DNA of 63,983 nucleotides, filler included, from Perkinsus olseni (Eukaryota): NCBI GenBank assembly GCA_013115125.1. It is 3 parts of 3 records of this genome, joined end to end, with 100 filler letters (N's around TTAATTAATTAA, not from the genome) between each part and the next. Parts side by side here need not be neighbours in the genome. Positions count along the whole stretch, not along the records: positions 1 to 22,430 come from JABANN010000540.1; 2 more parts are not named here. One strand, 5' to 3'. Shown piece by piece: positions 1 to 11,718 of this stretch (position 1 is its first letter; each line of letters starts with the position of its first letter). The notes under the pieces were generated by a model. It saw only the letters and a program-made list of their open reading frames with translations, ran no database searches and was not told where the DNA came from. The position numbers and the translations under genes were made by a program.

Positions 1-62
1 GTCCCCGTCAGCCACGCACTGAAGCGCCGCTCGCGTCCCCGTATTTAACATACGATAACAAG

Positions 63-980
63 TTATCTTCGCAGGAATCGCAAGATTCGCAAGAGGAGCA
101 GAGTGAGCCTGATTCACACAGCGAGCCGGAAGAGCAATCAGTGAGGTTAGAGATCGTTGAGGAATCGCAAGAGTTGCCGAGTGAGCAAGAGCCTCAGGAG
201 TTTCAGATGGAACATTCTGAGAGTTCTGAGAATGAGAGCGTTGAGGAATCGCAAGATATGCAAGTGGGACAAGATGCGGCTGATTTGTCGAGTGAACAGA
301 GCGGGAAGTCTAGCGTCGAGAAATCGCAAGGCGTACAAGATAGGCTAGGCTCGGCCGAGTCTCAGGGTGAAAGTGAGTCCTCTGAGATGGAGGAGGGAGT
401 TGAGGAAAGTCAAGAATCGCAAGATCAGCAAGACGTTGATGTGGAGGATGAGAGCGTTGAAGAATCGCAAGAAATGCAAGAGGAGCAAGAGTCAGCATCA
501 GAGAGCGACGAACCGGAGGCCGAGGAAAGTATCCCGGAGGGAAGCTAAACCTCATCTTGAAGTCTTGCTTAACCTTGCATTTTCGTAACGAATTTTTGTG
601 ATCGACATGTTCTTTCCCACCAGCGGTTGAGAATTTCGAGGATAGAATTTCTGCGGGAAGAAACCGAATGAAGTCGTAAATTTGTCGAAAATTTTTCTGA
701 TTTTTTCTTTTCTTCGCGTAAAAATCGACCGAGGTTGTTTTCTCTCGGATTTTTTTACTCAGGTGCAATCGTCGATGATGGAGCATCTTCGTCCTCCCTG
801 CCCTCCTCTCCCCAGCTGGACTCGTCTAGCGATGATGAACAAGAGGCGAACCATGGGAATGAGCAGAAGGTCATCGTTCATGATGATATCTCGGAAACCG
901 AGAGGGCCGACTTGGAGCGCCATGCTGACGCTATTGCCGCTGCTTTGAGTGATGAGGAGAAAAATGGTGAGATTGATTAG
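63..980 (+). CDS. Acidic low-complexity protein (3' part; EESQE/D repeats), at least 2 exons
   Basis: ORF 141-548 can be joined through a phase-1 intron 529-762 (gtatcc...tactcag) to exon 763-980 (AIVDDG...GEID*). The 5' end is unresolved. Confidence 0.55.
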
Positions 981-1553
981 CGAATCGATCAACTGGGCGA
1001 GCGCTTTTCGAATAGGAACTGCGGTTGAGGCTCCATCGAAGGGGAAAAAGCTGGGGAGAAGGGCCGCTGAGTTGGAGGCGTTGCAGCGGTCTGGAACTAA
1101 ACCGGGCTTACTTTATGTGGGTATCTTAGGTTGAAGCTTGCAAGATAGCAAATAGGTTAGCTTCGAACCCTTCTTTCAGTTCCACGGCTTTCCCAATGAT
1201 GTTGACTCCACTCCGCACGAGTGTCAATTTTGGATGAACCAGCCATTGCAAATACAGTTGGAGACCTGGGCGCGAAAGTAAGATCGAAATCGTTGTTGTC
1301 AAGCCGAGAAAGATTTCATACTGATCATACACGATTTCGGTTTTTTTACGCATTTTATTTTTTCTCTTCTACACTGGGCCTTCATAGCGGATCTCTTCGT
1401 AGAGCAGTAGGCATTTTTTCTCTACGCGGGGGCGAGAAAACCGGAAATATTTCCTCTTCGGAAGGCTTCAAGAGGTAGATAATTATGGAATAGATTGAGC
1501 GTTCTTAAGTCCGAGGCAAGATCGGGGTCTCTCACGAGTGCTCTCATCTTCAA

Positions 1554-2200
1554 GTGGAGGAGAGCGTGGAGAGCGTCCTTCATTTTGCCGGAGACCGTAG
1601 ACGGAAATTCTTCGTAATTTGCGCAACTTTTTCAGTGAAATCACGCGCCTGTAAATACGTACCGTCAACCAGTTTGGGTTGGTACTGGTGTCGTACGGTC
1701 AATGATTGGTATCTTAGATGGCACCCCGACCTCGACGAGGATTTCAAGTTCACAACTAGCGTGGAGGAACCCTCCTCGCCGACGAGCCGATCGCCCCCGA
1801 GTCTGCTATACATTGACGCGATGAAGACCCCCAACGAAGTAAGCGTAAATTTGCGACAATTCATGAAAAAATTATGGAAAAAATTATCTCCAATTAGAAG
1901 TTGCAAAAGAAGATGAAAAATGTGCGTAAAAAAGGAATAACAATCAACCGAGTTTTTTTCACTAGCCTCGCTTCGGAAGGCAAACCCACCGCAGTGGACG
2001 TGGGCACGGTAATGGCAAATTTTAAGGTTAGTATTGAACTAATTAGGTCTCTGAGAGTTACACTTGCTATCTTGCGATTCCTCAACGGTAGAGATGTCTT
2101 TCAGATTGCCTCGTTCGGTCTGCAAGAGCCTGCCGTTATTCACATGACCTTCGAGCACTAGCAGCAGCAGTTGTAGTTGATTCATCATCATCATAAGTTC
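1554..2200 (+). CDS. Hypothetical multi-exon protein
   Basis: GC-rich exon-like segments (HPDLDEDFKFTTSVEEP..., LASEGKPTAVDVGTVMANFK) separated by GT-AG AT-rich segments; no family recognised. Confidence 0.3.
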
Positions 2201-2497
2201 ATCATAGTTGTAGATGACCGTATTATAATAAGTTTCGTGGAATGGTAGCGGTCTGTTGTTCGTGTTGGCAGGAGAGAAGGTATCAGGTTCGATCCCCGGC
2301 GAGGGCATTTTATGACGATAGATGCACAGATTTTAAAACTGGTGAAGCTAGTACAAGCGAGGAGCAGTGGTCCTCCGCCGGAGAGCACTTCGTGAGGGTC
2401 GCTACAGTGGGGCGCTCGGAAGCCGCCGAGAAATCCAAATCTTCCTCGTGGTCTGGGATTGAAAAATTAGGGAGTGTTCCGACTGATTCGTTTCGCA

Positions 2498-2500
<3 letters not shown>

Positions 2501-2543
<43 letters not shown>
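2501..2543. repeat. (ATG)n microsatellite
   Basis: About 14 tandem ATG units directly upstream of the DAK start. Confidence 0.95.
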
Positions 2544-2559
2544 AGAAGTGTTATTTTCG

Positions 2560-4251
2560 ATGGCCCACTGTTTTCTGAATTCGAAAGACAAGTTCGTGTC
2601 GGACGCCCTGGACGGGCTGGTGGCTACTTCTGGCGGCTCAATAGCCCGTCTGGTCACGGCAGACAAGGATACTCAGGTGAGGTTACTCATGCAAGATACA
2701 AAACAGGTCAAGTCCTTCCATCAGGTGATCGTTCGTACCGATTGGGCAAAAGACCGTGTGGCTGTGATCTCTGGCGGCGGTAGCGGCCACGAGCCCACCC
2801 ACCCAGGCTTCGTCGGAAAGGGCATGCTCACCGCTGCCGTCTGCGGGTCCATCTTCGCCTCTCCGAGCGTCTCTGCCATCCTCTCCACCATCGTCCATGT
2901 CACCGGTGACGCGGGTTGCCTCCTGGTCGTCAAGAACTACACCGGCGACCGACTCAACTTCGGCCTGGCTCGCGAGATCGCGCGATCAAAATACGCCCTC
3001 AAGGTTGAAATGGTCATCGTTTCTGACGACATCGCCATCCCAGGCTCAGCCCAACCTCGCGGTATCGCTGGCACGCTCTTCGTGCATAAAATAGCTGGGG
3101 CGATGGCTGAGTCAGGGGCAAGCCTAGAAGAAGTATCCAAGGTCGGTCATGGCGCTGCGCAGGGAGCCATGTCTATTGGGGTGGCCTTGAGCGACTGCAA
3201 CATGCCTGGGGAGCGAGTGAAGGCAAACAGAGTCGCCGCTGGCACGATGGAGGTGGGCCTCGGCATCCACGGCGAGTCGGGAGCGGCGACTGTTCCGACC
3301 CAGACCGCTGATGGCACTGTAGACTTGCTACTGGGCAAACTTCGAGAGGCGGCGAGGGTCCAGGGGAAGTCCCTCGACCGGACGGCGCTGTTGGTGAACA
3401 ACCTCGGCACCTGCATGCCGGCAGAGATGGACATCATCGCCAGCCACGCCGTGGCCAGTCTTCGGCCCAACCTTGTGGTCGGCCCAGGTGCTCTGATGAC
3501 CTCCCTGGACATGCACGGTTTCTCCCTCACAGTACTGCCCCTCACGGACGAGCTCGAAAGCCTCCTTAAGGCCCCGACTGCTGTGGCGTCCTGGCCTGCT
3601 GCGAGGGCCCCTTCCCCCGGTCGGACGATTCATACCGAGAAGATCGCCTCGGATACTGCCAAGTTCGTGCCGAGCCAGAACCCCCTCTACCAAAGCCGAG
3701 TCGAAGCGGCCTGCAACGCTATCATCTCAGCGGAGGGAGAGCTCAATGCTCTCGATGGCGCTGTCGGCGATGGTGATTGTGGTTCGACCCTCTCCGCCGG
3801 TGCCCGAGCCATCCTCGCGGACAGCCCCCAGGCTCCGTTCGGCGACACAGGAGAGCTCGCCTCATGGCTCGCTGAGGCCTCCAGTCGTATCGGTGGCTCC
3901 TCGGGTGTCCTCGCCGCCATCTTCTTCACGGCTGTTGCGAAGGCCGGTGATTGCTCAGCTGACGCCATCAAGGCAGGCGTCGAGGCGATGACGTTCTACG
4001 GCGGTGCTTCCGTCGGCTCTCGTACGGCCATGGACGCCCTCATCCCCTTCGCCAACGCCCTCTCTGCGGGGCAGTCGATCGAGGAGGCCGCTGATGCCGC
4101 TCAGAAGGGGGCAGACAGCACAGCCGCGATGGCAGCCGCCAGCCACGGGAGATCTGCCAACGTACCGGCCGAGGCTTTGAGAGGCCGAGCCGACCCCGGC
4201 GCTGCTGCTGTGGCGAAGGTTGTGAACGCTGTTGCCAATATTCAGAAGTAA
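2560..4251 (+). CDS. DAK: Dihydroxyacetone kinase / triokinase (fused Dak1-Dak2, ATP-dependent)
   Basis: Motifs SGGGSGHEP, GFVGKGML, VKNYTGDRLNFG, GLGIHGE, LDGAVGDGDCG, GSRTAMDAL, DPGA. One 48-nt in-frame intron at 2677-2724. Confidence 0.93.
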   Translation: MAHCFLNSKDKFVSDALDGLVATSGGSIARLVTADKDTQVRLLMQDTKQVKSFHQVIVRTDWAKDRVAVISGGGSGHEPTHPGFVGKGMLTAAVCGSIFASPSVSAILSTIVHVTGDAGCLLVVKNYTGDRLNFGLAREIARSKYALKVEMVIVSDDIAIPGSAQPRGIAGTLFVHKIAGAMAESGASLEEVSKVGHGAAQGAMSIGVALSDCNMPGERVKANRVAAGTMEVGLGIHGESGAATVPTQTADGTVDLLLGKLREAARVQGKSLDRTALLVNNLGTCMPAEMDIIASHAVASLRPNLVVGPGALMTSLDMHGFSLTVLPLTDELESLLKAPTAVASWPAARAPSPGRTIHTEKIASDTAKFVPSQNPLYQSRVEAACNAIISAEGELNALDGAVGDGDCGSTLSAGARAILADSPQAPFGDTGELASWLAEASSRIGGSSGVLAAIFFTAVAKAGDCSADAIKAGVEAMTFYGGASVGSRTAMDALIPFANALSAGQSIEEAADAAQKGADSTAAMAAASHGRSANVPAEALRGRADPGAAAVAKVVNAVANIQK

Positions 4252-5796
4252 AAGATTTTTCTTCCTCCTCGCTGCATGGGTTGGTGTTTGAAAGTGCTAC
4301 TGGGGGAACACAACAATGTCGAGGAGCGACAGTGTGAATGGTGGTGAATAATGCAAAGGAAGTATTCAAACTCGGCGACGACCTGCTGGGGTGAGGTGAT
4401 GGTGAACGTCTAATTGCCACTGGTACGGCTACCTTGGTAAAAACGACGCTGATGATTATGATTCTGATTGTGCTGCTGCTGGTCCTGCTGGGGCTCCAAT
4501 AGAGGAGACGTCAATGAGCCGTTACTTGACACATCGATGCTTGACTGAAGAAGGAAAGCATTCAATGGGGAATACGGGCGTAATAGGACCCATGGTATTG
4601 CGGAAAAATTAAGGACAATTCCAGGCTACGTGATTAGGGTTCGAAAGGAGACTTCTCGAGCTGAAAACTCACCCGGTGAGACATAGTAGGACTTCGCCTA
4701 CTAGCCGGCCAAAATACGAAAAGGATAAGTACGGACGGTATCCACTCAGTGAGGAAGAAGACCTGAAAAAATACGCGGCGGCGGCGGAGCGATGCAGATG
4801 GTGTCTTAGTCTACCATAGAATCCCACGCTTGTCGATCAATACTCGGAGGGCAGACTGTCTTAATTAGACCAACACCATACAAGACACCACTCATCCCTC
4901 TTAGGAGGAATATCAGGGGGCAAGTCAGGGTCAAAACCAAAACCTGTGAACGCGATGAATGCAACCCGCACTGGAGCAGACGAAGGCTTACCCGGTTGAT
5001 GACGGACTTGTTACGGGATTGGCCCAGTTGACGAGCACTTCCTGATAGCTGCCGCCGAGATCTGTCGCGAAGTTGGCCGGATACTTGCAGCTACAGAGAG
5101 AGGTCAGCTTCGAGGCTTTACCAATGAAAAGTTATCCCTTACCCCGTAGTAGAAGAATAGTATGGAGCAGGTGATGTAGAGGAGACCAACAACGAAGTAG
5201 ATGTATCTAAAAAGGCAACTCGTGCCAGCTGAAGGAGAGAAGAACGTTTACTGATTGTATTCTTTCCACGCCGACAAGAGAAAGGTGACAATCGAAATAA
5301 TAAGAAAAACGCCGTATCTGAGCGAGGCACGAACGAGATCGAAATCCGCAGGCGAAGCGTCGAGGGCTCGTGCTACACCGCTATGTTGATGAAGATGCAT
5401 ACCGGTCGAAGTAGAGGATGGGAAACCAACACCGCAGCATAGTAAACCTGATCGGGTCACATTGGGCAACCGATAAGACCACCAAGGCACACCTGAGCCC
5501 AGAATAGGATCACTATGCTGTAGGTTGAGAGGAAGAGAAGTGAAGGGAAGGTCATAAAAACGTCGTTCGTCCAGGTCTGAGGGAGTGACCAACATCACAG
5601 TCGAGGTTAGGAGGACGAAGAGACCCTACCTGCACCGGATGATTCAGATTGTGCATCCGAACTTCGAGATGGATAACAGCATCGAAGATGAGCGAGAGAG
5701 CTCTAGCAGCATTCGAGATGCACAACGCTAGTAGGAAGAAGAATCGCGTTCGACCACCAGTGAGGGATATCGGGGGTATCTGGGAAATGACAAAAG

Positions 5797-5870
5797 TACC
5801 CGATGCAGGATTCGAACCTACGACCATCTGCTCCGTAGGCAGACATTCTATCCAGCTGAACTAATCGGGC
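5797..5870 (-). tRNA. tRNA-Arg (anticodon ACG)
   Basis: Minus strand folds as a full cloverleaf: GCCCGAT/ATCGGGT acceptor, TCTGC-CTACGGA-GCAGA anticodon arm, GTAGG-TTCGAAT-CCTGC T arm, followed by CTTTT terminator. Confidence 0.95.
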
Positions 5871-6552
5871 GATGCTTGATACTGGCTATGGCCATTCTCA
5901 ATCGTTTGGTGGAACCCTCATGCAGGTAATTATAGCAGAAACGTGCACTCACCGCGTCAGCTCTTTTCTCCTCCCTTTTCTGCCTTATCAGCTGCCTCGC
6001 CAATAGAATCGATACCACCAAAAACAAGCCGCAATCAACATAAGCGAGCACGGCCGCGTAGGCAGAGTGGTGGGCGAAGACCTCGTCTATCGCGAAGAAA
6101 ACCTCGTCCGCCGTCTCAGCTGCGCTCAGTGTTGGGGTTGATGACATCATCAGGCTGACCGCGTCGAACTACCAACACTGATCATCCTCCGAAAACAGCC
6201 GACCTCCGTGGACGAGCCAGTGAACAGTCCTCATTATTCAACTTCCGAAAGCTCCAAAAGTGGAAAGTTCCTTCTACCTCAGAGGAAGCTATTGAATAGA
6301 CACCATCTTCTTTTACCACTCTCCTGCACTGTACACAGACTCCGTTCGAGCCTCGAGAGACCGCCGGGCTGATGAAGCCCTCAACTCCAACACGAGACTT
6401 TCAGTGAAGTGAAAACATCTTGAGCGCTACTAAAATGGTACAACAACGATGAGCTATACTATAACATTATAACGAGTAGCAAATCTACAAAAAAATCGAC
6501 AACACCATATAAATGACGAGACCCCGGTTCGACTCCCGGATTGGGCACTTTT

Positions 6553-9500
6553 CTAGTAATTATCAAGTATCCAGTTGGTGGCGTCTTCGAGTGTTGGATG
6601 TTTCTTAACCGCCTCTTCAATCTGATCTTCAGGGAATCCGATCGATGCAAGCTCGGCTGATAAAATAGACGTCGCCAAGATTCGAACCCGCGACCTTTCC
6701 CATCACAGACACCCCACCCATCGTATTCTTCCTCTCTTCCTCCTCTTTCTTGATCCGTGCCCTGTCCTCGCCATTGGGTCCCGAGAAGAGATAGTCGAGT
6801 ACCTCTTCGTTATCACCACCTCCTGTTGTCGGCATCGTCTGGCCTGCCATCTCGCCCAGCTCTGCATCCAGATTCGCCACCTGCCGGAAATCGATCCCGC
6901 GCTGAGCCTTCACAGATTCGTCACGCGCCACGAAATTCATGGAGGGAATACTGCGCTGTGTATCAGGGAACACTATCTGAATCGAGCACTACGGCATGGC
7001 CTCTATTACGGCATTGGCTCCTTGCTGAAGGGCATCATTGTCCACTACGGGTGGTGGTGGAGGAGGGGGTGGTAATGGGGGACTACGAGTAGGGGGAGGA
7101 GGGGTAGGGCTCTCCTGTGGCCTGGGCAGACAAGGTTCGCTGTGCTCCTGAGGAACCTAGCGTAAAGAAGGAGGTCATAACAGCACACCATCTTAATCAG
7201 TACATTGCGGTAAGTTCTATGGCCGGACGACACGCTGTTAGGCGGCGGCATCTCCCCCGTGAGAAGGTCGGTCGGGCCATCCACCACCGGGCCTGCGAAG
7301 GGGTTGGTACTTCGGCTGCCCACCCCTCCAGAGGGAGGAGGTGGGGGAGGGGAACTGTGGGGAGGCTCGGCGGGGTAGTCTCGCCGAGGGCCTCCTCGCC
7401 AAGAAGCCGATGCTCCAGCGGAATCCTGATGGTGAAAAATGCGACACGCCGGGATCGAACCTGCGCCTACCCCAGAAGGATGCCTGTTCCCGCCGCCTTT
7501 TCTTCTCCGCCGTTTGTCGTGGTTGGGAGGTGGGGCGCCAGGCCACGCATCATTGAAGTTGTTAGGAGCCGGCCACTCAACGTTATTCACCGGCCCCGGC
7601 CGAGGGGGTGGTTGTGGGTAAGCGCCACTTTTCTGCTGGTAGTCCAAGTTCCCTCCACGCGTCAGGGAGTGCCTGCGACCACTCCCAAGTAGTCCAAAGG
7701 TCCCCGGTTCGATTCTCCCTACAGCTTTTTCTGCAGCGCCTCATTCTGCCCCATCAAAGCCGCAGCCGACGGCGTCGGACTGCCGCCGTACGGCACCCCT
7801 CCCGGCGGAGGCATCGGGGTGAAGACGTTAGACGGGCCGCCATAGCCCGGACCAGCGCCGTGGCCTCCCTTACCACCGAAGCTGCCCTGACGGTTAGGGA
7901 AAGCCCCCGGCGGAGGGGGAGGGGGGCCTCCCATTATCCGTTGGTTCACGTAGTTGGGGGGAGGATAGCCCGACATGAACCCTTGCGGAGGAGGGGAAGG
8001 GCCTTGCATCACCATAGGGGAGTTCGGGCCGTAGCCAGCGAACCTGTAAAAATACCCTAACCAGGGATCGAACCGGGGACCTCCCTGCCTTACACGTTGT
8101 TGCGCATATCCGGTGGTGGTGGTGGTGGTGGTGGTGCTCCCGCGTACAGAGACCCTGCCGGCTGCTGCTGCTGCTGCTGGAGGGCTATGGTTTGACTTTT
8201 CCTCTTCAACTCTCTCAACGCCTTCGCAACCTCCACGAAAACAGGCCGCCGACTCTCCCTCGAATCGATCTGAGAAATGCCCCTCCTGAGAATTGAACCT
8301 CCGCGGGTATCGCATCCTTACACATCTCAATGCTAAATCTGCCAGCTCAGAAGCTATCGCCGGATGCCAGCCGCAGCTCCATTGTATCTACCGACCAATT
8401 TTAATACCAAATCTTCCCAAACTCCCGACGTTCCCACTACCATATTCCACAACTTTTCCTTATTGATTCCCTTATACATTTCCGTGATCGCCTTTGTCCT
8501 CGGGTCTTGCAGCGCTGGCGGCTTGGTCGTGAGGAGCTCTAGCAGGACCATACCAAAGGAGTATCTAAGGTCGATCATGGTCATAAACAGAAATTCGTCG
8601 ATGGGCTTCCTACACCTCCGACTTCTCAGTTACCACGGACGTGGAAATATACAGAGGATCCGCATAACCTGCGAAGAAGTTGCATCAACCTATTCCGTAT
8701 CTTACACGCTTGAAGCTAAGATACCTACCGATTGTCCCAGAGCACATGTCTACTTTCTGACCGTCTCTTCCCTTTGCCGTAGCCAACAACGCCAAACCAA
8801 AGTCGGCCACTTTCGCGTTGCCGCTCTTATCCAGTATGATATTTTGCGACTAAAACGTATCCAAGGTCGACCCGTGCACTTCACACACAACCCTACTGAC
8901 GACCGACATCCACCAACTACAACGGACTTTGGTCCCCTTAGGATTGACCCCAATATCAAACTACCGGACGAAGCAGAGAGTAGAGCCAACGGTAATGATT
9001 GGGGGGCCAACCTAGTTCGCCTCACTCCCTCCTAATAACCACGACGCCCCTCACTACTTTAATATCCCGATGGAAGACCTTGGGAGTAGAATTGTGGAGA
9101 TGACTCAGACCAAGGCAAGCATCAAGAGCCACTGACACCCGCAGGGTCCACGGGAACGTCTTAGCGCTGTTGGGAGCCGACAGACGTGAGCCTGAAGACC
9201 ACCATCATGACGACGACCCAGGTTCGAACCCCGGCAGAGGAGCTTCTCCTCCCCTCTATTACATAGATCGCCTCCTTCCAGAAGTTCATAAATAAGTAAC
9301 CGCTCATTGCCATTCCGAGCGAAGCCCATCAAAATGACCAAGTTGGGATGACGAAATTTCGACAGGACTTCAACCTCCTCTCGGAAGCCCGACTCCTTGG
9401 GAGCTCTTAACACCTGCGTGATGCCAGCATCGACCTAAGATACTCTTCCGCAACCGCTCACCTTTATTGCGACTTCTGTTTGATCTTTTAGTTGACACTT

Positions 9501-10472
9501 ATAAACACTTCCATACGACCCCTGACCCAATCGATATCTACCGAAAAACAGTCGACCGCAAAAACGACCGAACGCGAACGCCCAGGACTGAAGGGTTAAA
9601 GGAGTTTACCATACACGGGGTCGGCCCACGTGAGACGCTGCAACTCTCCGATTGCTCTGAAACTCCTGTGAGTTCTCTTCTTTCCGATCTTCCAGTATAA
9701 TACTCTTCACGGAAATTTCAGTAGTCCACTCCGATGAATGCAAAATTGCAGAAATTTCCAGTAATTTTCCGTCCAAAAAACCATTCAACGGTCATTGGCC
9801 CAATCACTGGTCCATGAGTTACTCAATGGATAGCAAGGAACTACTGCTAGACTGAACAGATGCCTCCTAAGGTTGGCCATGGGAGCTGGGGTCGTTCAGG
9901 AATTAAGAAGGGCATCACCGAGGAGGGCGTCGGTGGTGTTGAGGGCAGCAAGGGAGTTACCTATCTTACTAACCACCGCTCTTCCCGTTGCCGGAAAACT
10001 TCTCCTCATCTGCATCCGAGACTAATGTTTATCATTTTCACAAGACACCACTTGTCAAACGGGAAAGAACGACAAGTTGATGATCCGACACTCCTAGCCG
10101 TGGTAGGTTTCTGGCAACCCGTCGAAAAACTTTCACCAAAATTATCGCTTTTTGTTGTAAACACAATTCATCCGAATTTTCGCCTACCGCGGTCGCCTCG
10201 AGCCCGCTAGATAACCGTAGAGCACTTTTTCGTGATCCGAGAATGAAGACCACCAATGGCCACACTAATGAGCCCATCTCCCGGTATTACTTTGGCGAGA
10301 AATTTTCTGTTGCCGCGGCCAAGTCGGCATAGGGGTACTCGAGAGCGATTCTATTGAGATTGAGATCGGTGGGTATCGCCCCTCCTCCCCCTGTCGGTCT
10401 TGCCGTGAAGCCGCCACCGCTGGCAGCCGCTGCAACAGCGCCGCTAGGATATGCTCCGCCGCCGTGGGCCAT
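6553..10472 (-). CDS. Pelle/IRAK/RLK-type (TKL) protein kinase with Pro-rich region and C-terminal UBA-like domain, more than 12 exons
   Basis: Spliced exons give YPYADLAAATENFS, LGQGSYGSVY, VAIK, EEVEVLSKFRHPNLV, HRDIK, KVADFGLA, GTIGYADP, YSFGMVLLELLT, LALRC..RRP. The last exon reads ELASIGFPEDQIEEAVKKHPTLEDATNWILDNY*. Confidence 0.9.
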
Positions 10473-11308
10473 GATGATGATGCTGACTCTGTTTCTTATT
10501 CGCCAATCAGTACAAGTGTAGTAAAGAAAATATTACAGGACTGACCGGCGGGCGACCAGAGGCAGTAGGAAGAATAAGGCAAACCTGTGGACGACATATT
10601 CACTCCCACTAGGGACCAACTCAAGGGCAACATCATCCTCTTTGTTATCATCATGAAAATACTTAACAACAAGAACACATTCAAGGTCATGGCACAGCAG
10701 TGGGGACATCAGGATAATGGGTGAACCTTGGATAGGGCCAGAGGAAGCCTCACCTCTCATCAAGTAGTAGTACAGAGGGGAGGTCCCAGCGGCAAGCGAC
10801 CGGTGGAGAAGACAGACGGGTAAGCGAGAATGAGCTGTCATCGTACCGAAATGGTGATTGCCGCCTGGTCCACGGATTCTGAACTCAGAAGTGATTCTGG
10901 AGTTGCAATTTGTGAATAAAACCAGTCCGAGAATTGATTCTGAGTTTCACAATTACTTTACTAGGCAGTACCCTTTTCAAAGGCTCATCATCGCAACAGG
11001 GTGAGCGGCGAGACGATCTCCGTTAGTACTCTGATGCTGCTTTTATGCTACTCAGCCGTTATCAACCGTTACAAGACCTTGTTAAAACCTCGACTCACTT
11101 TGCCTTCACCTCACAGGCAATTACCGAGGACGCGCCGAATTACCGTTGGTCGGAACTCTCTTTCCTGGCTCATCGATCATCACCCGACGACACATGCCGG
11201 CTAGCTGGACTTGATATTGGATTTGCATTGATGGCATCCCTCCATACCTGCAACGACCCAAGCAGTTGACTTTCTCAAAGAGAAGATTGATGGATTAAAA
11301 TCATTTTC

Positions 11309-11718
11309 CTAAGGAGAATGTCATTTTCCTAAGGAAGAAATCTCGCTCGCCCTCGACACTTTTCTAAGGAGACTTTGCACTTTTCTAAGGAGACTTTGCA
11401 CCTTCCTAAGGAGGTTTTGCACCTTCCTAAGGAGATTTTGCACTTTTCTAAGGACGCTTCCCGCGCGTAACTACCACCTCTTACACGCCGCAGCCTTCGG
11501 GTTTTTGGTGAAGGTCGCCCGAAGGGCCACCTTAGCCGGGTTTCGGGTTCACGGGGGTTACGGTCTGTACTCCACTAGGTCTTGGTTTTTTCATTTTTAA
11601 CGCCTACCAGCCGAAGTAACTTTTAGTCGCTGTCTTGTGCGCGCCCGTGCGGCACGACGCGCCGGCGTATTTTCGGGCGAGCGAGATTTCTTCCTTAGGA
11701 AAATAACATTCTCCTTAG
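11309..11718. mobile_element. MITE-like element with 44-bp inverted repeats and an internal 21-bp tandem array
   Basis: 11309-11352 versus the reverse complement of 11675-11718 match at 43/44. About 4.7 copies of CAC(T/C)TT(T/C)CTAAGGAG..TTTG at 11357-11454. Confidence 0.7.

Noticed and set aside
2242-2559. N-terminal extension with poly-Met on the DAK ORF
   Set aside because: Caused by an (ATG)n microsatellite and an open upstream frame; family similarity starts at ATG 2560.
4430-5790. Possible decayed retroelement next to tRNA-Arg
   Set aside because: Coding-like composition, but no gag/RT/integrase motif or LTR could be identified by eye.
11357-11454. 21-bp repeats as a CRISPR array
   Set aside because: No spacers, no cas genes, eukaryotic context.
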